A stretch of DNA of 64,000 bases, from positions 248,001 through 312,000 of the forward strand of contig OZ025680.1 in NCBI GenBank assembly GCA_964019335.1, written 5' to 3'. Within the stretch, counting starts at the first letter, position 1, and each line of letters begins with the position of its first letter. The stretch comes from Diplonema japonicum (taxonomy: Eukaryota > Protista > Euglenozoa: Diplonemea). Under the pieces are notes generated by a model. The model did not search any database. It worked only from the letters and a program-made list of their open reading frames with translations, and was not told the origin of the DNA. This document shows, piece by piece, positions 55,291 through 64,000 of this stretch. The position numbers and the translations under genes were made by a program.

Positions 55291-55929
55291 TCACTCTCTT
55301 GTCTCCCTCCTCACAATTCTCATGGGAAGCTCTGCGGTGGTTGCGAAGATGATCCTCCCGCAGAGGGCGAGGCAGTCCCTCCCGTTGCACTGCTGGTGGC
55401 AGCCATCGTGCGCGACGTCGAAGCACTCCTCGTCTGCCCCGCAGGTGGTGGGGTGGATCCCACCGCAGGCCTGCCCAGTTGTCTTCGCGCACACCCCGAG
55501 GCAGTCCGCTCCCCCGCAGTCCGGGCTGCACTCCTTCCTGTACATGCAGGTCTCCCCAGTCCCGCACTGCAGCCCTGCAACCCCCCCGCACTCCTTCTCC
55601 ACCTTCACCTCGAAGCACTTCCCCAGGCAGTCCCTCCCGTTGCACCCTGCGTTGCACCCGTCAGCCACAGTGTCCACACACATCTCCTCTCCCTTGCACT
55701 TCAGCCCAGCGATCCCCCCGCACTCCCCGTACTTCCTCTTCGCACAGATCCCTCCGCAGTCCGCTCCCCCGCACTCCTTCACACACCCCGTGTTCCGAGG
55801 GTCCGGGATGCACTCCAACCCAGAGGGGCAGCCAAGGCCCGCGATCCCCCCGCACTGCATCGGTTCCGCCGCTCCAACCACTGCCACCACAGCCATCATC
55901 ACAGACAACAAAGCAAGAGGAGAGCTCAT
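55291..55929 (-). CDS. Secreted Cys-rich repeat protein, copy 2
   Basis: Identical to 7544-8182. Confidence 0.85.
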   Translation of the reverse strand: MSSPLALLSVMMAVVAVVGAAEPMQCGGIAGLGCPSGLECIPDPRNTGCVKECGGADCGGICAKRKYGECGGIAGLKCKGEEMCVDTVADGCNAGCNGRDCLGKCFEVKVEKECGGVAGLQCGTGETCMYRKECSPDCGGADCLGVCAKTTGQACGGIHPTTCGADEECFDVAHDGCHQQCNGRDCLALCGRIIFATTAELPMRIVRRETRE

Positions 55930-56835
55930 TTTTCGAGGGAGGGTTTTTCTTTTTTTTGTTGAGAATACGGTAAAAAGTAACCTTTTTGATTTTTTTGGTT
56001 AATAGTTGTTGTGTTGTCTTGAGGACAGGGAACTAAAAATAAAAAAGAATAGAAGGTAACTTCTGTGTGGCCAAGAAGAAGGAGAAGAGATGGAGGAGGA
56101 GAAGGCAGGACAGGAGGAAGAAGAATAAGATACAACCGTAAAACAGCACACAAAGTATTCTATTTCTTTTTATATTTTTCTTCCCTTTTAAATACTAAAG
56201 GATCAACTGCAAATGGACCGTTCCCACTGAAGAAGTCACTGTGCTTCCTAATGTGGGGGTGTAGAGTCCCCAGTGTCACACCCCTTTTTACTCTACTACA
56301 TGTTTTACGGTTCTTTCCGGCTTTCCCCCCTGTCCCTGCCGACTTGCAACACCTGCACCATTCCATTATATTACTAGCCCAACACAGCAAGCACACGGGT
56401 GCTCGAAAAGAGAAAAAAAAGAATATTTTTTGAAAACAAGAGCATAGTAGCACTCTATTTTTTTCCCCCCTCTTTTTTTTTTTCTTTCTTCCCACTTTAT
56501 TCTTTTCTCGGCCCCTCAAACGAGAGAAAACATGCCACACGTCCCACGAGCAGGGGGAGGGGTGCTATAGCACGGTGGCTATGATGCACTCCTCCCCAAC
56601 ATGTGGTACACAACAGGACCAAAAGAGAAAAAGAAAAAGAGAAAAAGAGGAAAAAAAAAAAAAAAAAAAAAGAAGAAGAGAGAAAAAAATAAGTGAGCAC
56701 ATGTAAGGAGGAAGGAAAATGAAACCAGCGAGGCAACAAGAGGAGGTCCGCTTGTTGGCCCCACCTGAGTCAAGAAAACAATCAGATCGCGAAAACTAAA
56801 ACACCGCTAAAAACTTTTCAGTCCTCACTCCTCCT

Positions 56836-57525
56836 TTACCTACAACCAGCAGGCTTCGTCCCTTCCCAGTCCTTGCAAACTGTCTCGAGGAGGTTGTCGC
56901 TGTTCCTGAGGACCTTCCCGTTCACTGTGAAGTAGGGGACGTAGTTGAGACCCTTGACCATGACGGTGGCCCTGGCTGCGACAGCCATGAGGGTCTTCCC
57001 GGAGGAGCCCGACTGGCAGGAGGTGATGACCGCCGGGTTCAGGTTGTACTGCTGCGCACACTTCTCCATGTGCGCCTTCGACCCCGCACCGGGCTCGTGC
57101 GCCTCGTAGCAGTCCACGAAGGGCATGTACTTCCACGGGTCGTTGTTCGTCATGTTCTTCACGCACACCTCCACGAGGTTCCCGTAGCACTCCCCGCTCC
57201 CGTGCTGGCAGTTGATCGGCCCCGTGAAGCAGTCCGACGGGATCGGCGGCGTCGCCCCAAGCCCGCACTTCCTCTTCCAGCACGAGTAGTCGTTCTTCGG
57301 GTCCGCGCACTCCTTGATCTCCACGAACGCGTTCCCGAACGGCACGTAGTCGAAGTCCATGATCCCCTGGATCCCCTCCGCCGCTAGGGTCTGCTTCACA
57401 GGTCCCTTCACGGCCGCCTTGCACCCGGGTCACAGAGACTCCCCGTAGAACATCACCTCCACCTTCTCCTGACCGCTCACCGCAACCGCAAGCAGCAGCA
57501 CCGAGGCAACAGATCTTCCGAGCAT
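56836..57525 (-). CDS. GILT: GILT family probable selenoprotein, copy 2 (TGA at 57432-57430)
   Basis: Identical to 9089-9778, including the in-frame TGA. Confidence 0.88.
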
Positions 57526-57641
57526 TGTTTTTAGTGTATTTCTCCCTTTTTTGTTGGGGTGTAAATTACTTGCGATTCGTTGTGCTTTGGGTAAACTTGG
57601 AGGGAGGGGAAACGTTTATTTCTTCGTTGCTCCCTCCACGC

Positions 57642-58445
57642 TCAGTGTGGAAGAGGGACTTCACGCTGAGGGATGTTCTTTTTCTCCAACACATGGCGGT
57701 AGTCCACCCAATCCCCATTTGAAAAGGTGTTCTCTTTCAACACCAAGGTGAGCATTTCTGCAGAGTGGTAGGGATCCACGATCCCACCCTTCTCCTTGAG
57801 GGAAATGAACATATTTCTTACATCTGTTACTGGATGCTTCGCACGAATGTCAGTTTGCATTCCAGTGTCCATAGGACCAGGGGAATAGTTCAGGGTACGT
57901 GTTGAGGGGTTATCTGCTGAGAGGGCTCGTGTGAACATATCACGCAGAGCCTTAACAGCGCAGTAGAGGGCCATACCAGGTTTTGGGTTCACAGCAAGGC
58001 CCGATGAAATGTTCACAACAGTCACCTTTTTACAAGTACAACCTTTTAGAAAGGCTGTCGTCACGACCAGGCACGACACCACGTTCGTGTCCATGCATTC
58101 TTGAATATCAGCAGGCGTCAGGTCTGTGGGTGCTGAAAGCTTCCCAAGCGTGGCAGCGTTGTTGATGAGAAGGACCTCATCGTAGGGCTTTGCGTTCACT
58201 ACCTCCAGGCCTTTGTTGGTCTGTACCTCCACTTCGCTCCCCGGTTTTGAGATGTCAAGGTTCCACCTCGAGAGGCACCCCGTTCCTCCAACTTTCTTCA
58301 CTTCATCCTCGGTGTCCTCCATTCCTTTGCTGCTGCTTCTCATCGACAGGAGAAGGTCGGCCTTCGGCCACACCTTCGCCGCCTCCACAGCTATTGCCCT
58401 GCCGAACCCACGGTTCGCACCAGTGATGGCGATCAGGCGTGACAT
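57642..58445 (-). CDS. Short-chain dehydrogenase/reductase, sepiapterin-reductase-like
   Basis: ITGANRGFG, LINNA, VNISS, YCAVK and LNYSPGPMDTGMQ; start MSRLIAITG at 58445. Confidence 0.88.
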   Translation of the reverse strand: MSRLIAITGANRGFGRAIAVEAAKVWPKADLLLSMRSSSKGMEDTEDEVKKVGGTGCLSRWNLDISKPGSEVEVQTNKGLEVVNAKPYDEVLLINNAATLGKLSAPTDLTPADIQECMDTNVVSCLVVTTAFLKGCTCKKVTVVNISSGLAVNPKPGMALYCAVKALRDMFTRALSADNPSTRTLNYSPGPMDTGMQTDIRAKHPVTDVRNMFISLKEKGGIVDPYHSAEMLTLVLKENTFSNGDWVDYRHVLEKKNIPQREVPLPH

Positions 58446-58530
58446 CCTTTTGCTTTTTTTTTTTTTTTTTTTGGAAAACAAATATCCCTGTCTCGGGGGG
58501 GCTTTTTTTTCTTCTCGTTCTTTTTTTTTA

Positions 58531-59070
58531 TATTTCACTCTTCGTCATTTTCTTCACTCACTAGGGGCCTCATTATTTAACGCGAAATGGCCATTATTTA
58601 ACGCGAAATCGCCATTATTTAACTAGTTAAATAATGAGATTTGCAGTTAAATAATGGCCCTTCAGAGTGGAAAAATGAGTCTCGCCGTGGAAAAAAATGC
58701 ACCCAACCCCTTGAAATTTCTTTTTGGGGTGGGGGTATTTTGACTATTTTTGGCCATCTGAGGCCATTCCAGCCCTTAAAAGTGGGAATAAGTGCCTTAC
58801 TTCCCCTTTAAATGCCACGGCGAAATAGCTACCCTGTATTACCTTAGGAAAATCCCCAAAAAGCTGACCTGCGTGAAAAAAAAACAGCAGTGAAAGCAGT
58901 GAAGAGTGAGTGACTCAAATGACGAAAAGTGAAATAAAACGACTTACTTGCCGCCAAATGAGCCATTATTTAACACTCGTTACTGTTTTTTTTTTGCACG
59001 AGGGCCCGTTAAAAATTCGGGAACTCGAGTTAAATAATGACTCATTATTTGTTGGCAATAAATAGCTATT
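58531..59070. mobile_element. Palindromic repeat element of the same family as 20289-22150
   Basis: Inverted repeat tatttcactcttcgtcattttcttcactcact / agtgagtgactcaaatgacgaaaagtgaaata, and arrays of cattatttaac. Confidence 0.75.
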
Positions 59071-59131
59071 TTTTTTCCAAGGAAAGGAAATAAGGAAAAT
59101 TAAGTAACACACTCCCCCCCCACTACTACCC

Positions 59132-59602
59132 TTAGATGTCAAGCATATATGAGGACTGCAGAATATGAGATTGGTTCTGTTTTTTGGTATTTTTTTTTTT
59201 TTTTTTTGCTTCCATTCCCCTAAAAATATTGTGGTATACCATAAGAGTTGCGGGTCGAACAGGGGGGCCGCTGATTTTGTGAGAGAAGCTGGAGATGCCT
59301 TGGAGGGTAGGGTCCATAGCGTAGGTGTGGTGGGTGGGGGGCGTGGATGCAAGAAGACGTGGGGAGTGAAGAAGCATCCCGAAAACCACTTCCGACACCA
59401 CTTTGTGCTGCCTGGCAGCCGCAAGCATCACTGGATTCGCCGCAATATGAAAATTCCAGAACAAGTTTCCATGATAAAAACCCCTGAAACACATGTACAT
59501 CGTCAACGCAGTACTAAGCGCCGTGCTGTTCGACCGCCGGCTTATCTTGTACAGAGACACTGCTTTAGGGGCTGCCCTGTACCTTATTAACGCGCTTGCC
59601 AT
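59132..59602 (-). CDS. Hypothetical protein (~135 aa) with probable 63-nt intron at 59239-59177
   Basis: A-run before the ATG, correct strand, and ATG|gtatac...poly(A)...acag matching the intron pattern of the other genes. Confidence 0.5.
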   Translation of the reverse strand: MASALIRYRAAPKAVSLYKISRRSNSTALSTALTMYMCFRGFYHGNLFWNFHIAANPVMLAAARQHKVVSEVVFGMLLHSPRLLASTPPTHHTYAMDPTLQGISSFSHKISGPPVRPATLMVYHNIFRGMEAKKKKKNTKKQNQSHILQSSYMLDI

Positions 59603-61197
59603 TTTTTTTTTAAATCTTCTTCTCCCTTCTTGTGTGTAATGTAACGTTGAGGGATATAAAAAAAAAGAAAGAAACAGATATCATACTGTAGATGAAAAAG
59701 TACTAGATGCTAATCTGGATTGGGAACGAATTGAAAAGCTTGGTATGTGTGCGTGTGTTGTGGGGTTGAAAGGGAACGAGAGATTAAAACAAAGGGGCGG
59801 GGGGAGGTGGGGAACTCGACGGGCTTCCTCGTTCGATTTGAATGGATACCACCCTGCTCTACTCTCATGCCGTGGACGAAAGAATATTCGTTCCAGGGCC
59901 CCGTTCCATTTCTTCTCTCTCTTTGGGGGGGGGGGGGGGGTTATTCCTTCTTTATTACACAAGTGAATCCGCCATTTTTTGTTTATCGCTATGATTTCGA
60001 TTTTACAATGGACAAAAAAATGTAACTTGTATCAAGGCAGGTTCACTCGTATGGTTCTTCGTTATTTTTTTTTTCTTTTCCCCCTTTCTTTAAATTCTCA
60101 TTCCTTTTCTTTCTTATCCTCCTTTTTTTTTTTTTTACCTTTAAATTATCTTCAGGTCGGGTCACCTTTAAAGAACACAAAAAAAAAGGAAAGGGAAAGG
60201 GGGAAATGAAACAACAGCTTTTAAATTAAAAAAAGAAAAGCAAGATAAAACAGACTCTACAGCTTTTGCACATGGGTTTTTTTTTTCCTCTTTTTTCTTC
60301 TTCTTCCCTTTCTTCTATTTCCACAACGGAATAAAAACACCGTTTAGAAAAGGAGAAAAAAAGGGGGGGGGAATATTTTTAAAGTTTTTTTGTTCCAGTT
60401 TCCACCTCATTCTCTCACTTTTTTTTTTTTGGGAAAAAAGGGAGGATTTTAAGGACCGGTACCGCGTAGCAGTTTCTTAAACATATCGAGGGTGCCCATC
60501 CTTAAAAAAAAAAAAAACAGAGAAATAAAAAAAAAACTTTTTTTTTCCCCCTTTCCATGTGTAAATAAATTAACTGTTGTATCAAATAGCAAAAAAAGAA
60601 ATGTCATTCCTTTGCCCCCCCTCCCCCCCAATCTAAGGCAGCCACGCACAAATAATCAAAGGCCTCAATTCTGCTTACAAAACTTAACCCTCAACGGGCG
60701 GATGTTGAAGCTGTGCCGGTATCGCGCAAGCGATTACTAAAGAACACAAAAATAAATAAATAGATATACTGTGGAAGGTGACTATGGGAAGAGAGAGGCA
60801 GTGAGAGAAGAAAATGAAAAAGTTGGATGGAAGCGGGAGGGGAAGTCCCCTCCCCCCCCCCTTTTTTTTGAACTCTATTCATTTGTTCTCCACCAATCCT
60901 CCTATATTTACTTCTCCGGCATTTTTTCCCTTTTCTGAATTGCGCTTTTGGTAGTTGGTCACCCTATGTTAAAAGGGGTGAAACAAGTTGCAAGAAAGTA
61001 AATACAGGTTTTTTTCCCCCCCCCTCGTTGTCAGTTCACTCGAATTGCTGTTATTTATTCAATTTCTAAAAAAAAAGGGGGGATACCTAGAAAATGGAGG
61101 AAGGGGGGGGGGGCAACCGACTGGAGAAAAAAAACAGAAAAAAAGTTACTACTGTACTATGGAGAAGAACAAAGAAAAAAAAAAAAAAAGGGTGGAG

Positions 61198-61425
61198 TGC
61201 TGACTAGACCCCTAAGTTTAGAAATGCTCGAAGTCCTTCAAATCTAAGTTTCCAGAATGCCCCCTAGATTAGTTTGAGTTTTTCTAAAAGTTGGGTAAGA
61301 GCAATTATGAAACCTTGGGGGGCTGTGTCAGAAACTTTTTTCCCCTAAAAGACAGACCTTGAGTACTTCTCAAACCAAGGGAGTTGATTTTGAGCATTTT
61401 CCCAAACTTTGGGGTCTAGTCAGCA
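61198..61425. mobile_element. MITE-like element (~228 bp)
   Basis: ~38-bp imperfect TIR tgctgactagacccctaagttt..gaaatgctc / gagcatttt..aaactttggggtctagtcagca; no clear TSD. Confidence 0.7.
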
Positions 61426-61433
61426 GTTTTCTC

Positions 61434-61468
<35 letters not shown>

Positions 61469-62607
61469 CATCGCGCACTTTGCCCAGGTTGCCAGAAGAA
61501 AGAACAAGAAAAAAAGAAAAGGAAGAGGGGCGGAACAAATAAAAATAAATATACTACCCCCTTCTGTTTCTTTCTTCTTGCATCTCTTCCTCTCTTCTTT
61601 TACTTAATGCCCCGGTCCACCCATCTTTCCTTTTGGCGACAAAAAGAAGAAAAAAAAAACCTTACACCAGGCGTTTTATATTGTGCGCACTAGCACGCTG
61701 ATTTCTTTTTTGGGGTAATTCACTTAATGCCCAAAAAAAAAAAGTCAAAAATTCACTTAATAAAATCAGAGGTTGTAAATAATAACTAAGGGGGAAGAAA
61801 AAAAAAAACTGTTTTCCAAAACCAATTGTGGATATTAAGTGAATTACCCCTTTCTCTTTATAATTTTATATTTTTTTTTTTAAGCAACCCCTATAATAAA
61901 AAGGGTAAGCAAAACTGCACAAGTCAAAGAATGCTTGTTGCACCGACTAAAAGAAGAAAAAAAAACACGGAAGAAAAGGCCATCATTTGTACAATACCCT
62001 CCCAATAAAAAATATTAAAAAAAAAAAAACATAGTAGTGACCACAATTGAGACTGCATTTGAGAGGGAGAGATCCTAACCTCGCGCGTGACCATTTATGG
62101 GGGCTTTATCAAAATACATGCCTCCTCCCCCCTTAATCTTCACATGTGAAAATAAATACTGCAAAGGCGGCAAAGTTGGGTGGTCACTCCCCCCCCCCCC
62201 CCCCCCTCTTTTTTTCATTGGATGGGTTAGAGGGCAATGTTTCTAAACAATAAACAACGACTTCAATAGGGCACTTGCTGTTCCTGCCAACACTACCCCT
62301 AGAGTAGAACCTATACCGCCTCAAAGAAACAAAAAATGGGGCTTTCTTGAAAAAAAAGAGGGGGGTAAACTCTACACCACTCTGCAAAGCGGCAGTCTAT
62401 AGAGAAATAAGACACAACAAAATTCACTGTGATGGGGGGGGGGGGGGGGGGTGTTTAGCAAAAGGGATGGGGGCAAGATCACTGCTGAATCAAGAAAAAA
62501 AAATTTTTTTTGGCCCAACTGACCTCGCGATATTTTTTTTTTTCTTCTTTCAAAAAGAAGAATAGAAGGGGTGTGTGTGTGGGGGGAGGGGGAGGGGGGA
62601 GAAAATC

Positions 62608-63975
62608 TCAACATTCCCCCTCATCCGTATCATTTCCATCTTCGCTCTCGTCAGTGAGGTCATCCTCCTCTTGTTCCGTGGGCACAAAGTGAACCACAGA
62701 TGGAAGCTCTAAAGTGAATCGCACCTTCTTGATATCATCCCTGACTGGGACAAGAAACCGGGCGACCGAAGGGGTCGTCTTCACAGTCGATACCGCAGGA
62801 GGGTGCGGCACAGGGCTACACACCACACAAACCCCCGGTTTATAATGATTACCAATCGACACTGGCGCGCTATAAGGATAACTGCCCACCCACCAAAGAC
62901 AAGGCGGCGGGTTGCTCACCGCCTTGTTGAAAATATCCGAATACGAGACATCCAAGCAGTCATCGGTTAGATACAGCACCCAGTTTGAACCGTTCCTAGC
63001 AGGGCCCAGGTTGGACTCACGCGGGGTGACTAACAACCGCATATGTGCTACCTCTTCCACATCGTCCACATGCTGTATCATCCACAGTTTGTCATTGTGT
63101 GATACGGTGACACCAGGCGCGTTTCGTTTGCTTGTTAATTGTAGTTTCGGTGGTTGCCAAACAACCCCTGCATCGTCCACCATGGTGGGCCTTTGTTGAG
63201 CATTGCATGTTGACCATGCATGCGCCCATTTCCCGATTTGCGGTGTCACACGTTCCGCAGGCGACGATACTATAGGTACGGTATCATTGCCTTCGTCCTG
63301 TTCCACGACAGTCGATACGTTTGTGTATTCAATATGCCGGCGGAACCCTCTTGAAGGTGATGACGGGGGTGGGCTTCTAGGGGATAATGCGTGAGGGAAA
63401 GGTATGCTCAACCCTGACAGCATTAACGCCTTTGTCTGCCGTTCTATCGATTCCCTGTTGGAGATGGATCGTTTCCTGCCGTGTGCAGCGGGGCTTAATG
63501 GTGGTTTTGTTGCGAATACTGCGCTGAAAGGGAAGCCCAGTGGGAGGACAACATACTCTTCAGACTGTGAAAGCTTCTCCAACGAGTTTACCTCCGTCCC
63601 GTCCCTCAACCATAAGCAGTTCGGGTAGGGTCGGATCGGTGGTGTAACACTTGCGCAGCACTGCGCAATGACATCGCTGAAGCACCTGACTCGCTTCAGC
63701 TTCAAGCAGGTAGACACCCCATTGGTCGCCATCCCATTGATTACAGTCAGAGCCTTAGGTATCCCTTTCAAGACATGTTGTGTCAGTTCAGGGTCTAGCC
63801 TCGCACGAACATTAGGAGTAGGGGGTTCATAGGTGGATTTAACCTTGACAGGGCCCTCCGGTACAGGCCATCTTCCTTTAAGCTGCCGACGCTTTGCAGG
63901 TGTGTGGGTTCTCCTTGCCCTGCCCAGGTCAATTATGTTGAATCTTGTAAGCGTCGAAGTGTGTGCTTCATTCAT
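62608..63975 (-). CDS. Hypothetical protein with doublecortin-like domain
   Basis: PKALTVING...F..VI..C....LW..DG.EV.SLE.L...E.YVV...G.PF resembles a DCX domain; acidic tail. Confidence 0.65.
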   Translation of the reverse strand: MNEAHTSTLTRFNIIDLGRARRTHTPAKRRQLKGRWPVPEGPVKVKSTYEPPTPNVRARLDPELTQHVLKGIPKALTVINGMATNGVSTCLKLKRVRCFSDVIAQCCASVTPPIRPYPNCLWLRDGTEVNSLEKLSQSEEYVVLPLGFPFSAVFATKPPLSPAAHGRKRSISNRESIERQTKALMLSGLSIPFPHALSPRSPPPSSPSRGFRRHIEYTNVSTVVEQDEGNDTVPIVSSPAERVTPQIGKWAHAWSTCNAQQRPTMVDDAGVVWQPPKLQLTSKRNAPGVTVSHNDKLWMIQHVDDVEEVAHMRLLVTPRESNLGPARNGSNWVLYLTDDCLDVSYSDIFNKAVSNPPPCLWWVGSYPYSAPVSIGNHYKPGVCVVCSPVPHPPAVSTVKTTPSVARFLVPVRDDIKKVRFTLELPSVVHFVPTEQEEDDLTDESEDGNDTDEGEC

Positions 63976-64000
63976 TTTTTTTTTCTTTTTTTGGTCACCA

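Larger units (their letters stand above)
49250..57526. repeat. Segmental duplication, copy B
   Basis: Near-identical to 1507-9779. Confidence 0.97.

Noticed and set aside
62037-62188. 9-bp inverted termini agtgaccac/gtggtcact
   Set aside because: Too short to call an element.

Overview
Eukaryotic, euglenozoan DNA, most plausibly a free-living diplonemid. The evidence is a paraflagellar-rod family gene, about 22 genes all on the minus strand, long poly(U)/poly(A) intergenic tracts, cis-introns and a histidine biosynthesis gene. The left third is an intronless, GC-rich block of secreted or lysosomal genes: a subtilisin-CUB membrane protease, a Cys-rich repeat protein, a GILT thiol reductase, a 2393-aa protein ending in two GH18 domains, and an AA10 LPMO with CBM1-like modules. 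About 8.3 kb of this block is duplicated almost identically 47.7 kb downstream. The middle holds housekeeping genes: HPPD, PCIF1-like, GT77-like, F-box kinesin, HisG, BTB, PCS-like, Sua5 and PFR-like. Four signals are not visible in the ORF track. (1) GILT has an in-frame TGA exactly at the first Cys of its CxxC motif (UPGC), so it is a probable selenoprotein, but no textbook SECIS was found by eye. (2) Two copies of a ~280-bp element begin with a complete HDV-like ribozyme fold. (3) Eight inferred tiny introns (39-63 nt) are all phase 0, all G|GTAT, all in the 3' half of their genes, and mostly carry poly(A) instead of a polypyrimidine tract. (4) There are several TIR and palindromic mobile elements. 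All calls come from reading the sequence by eye; no searches or folding programs were run.
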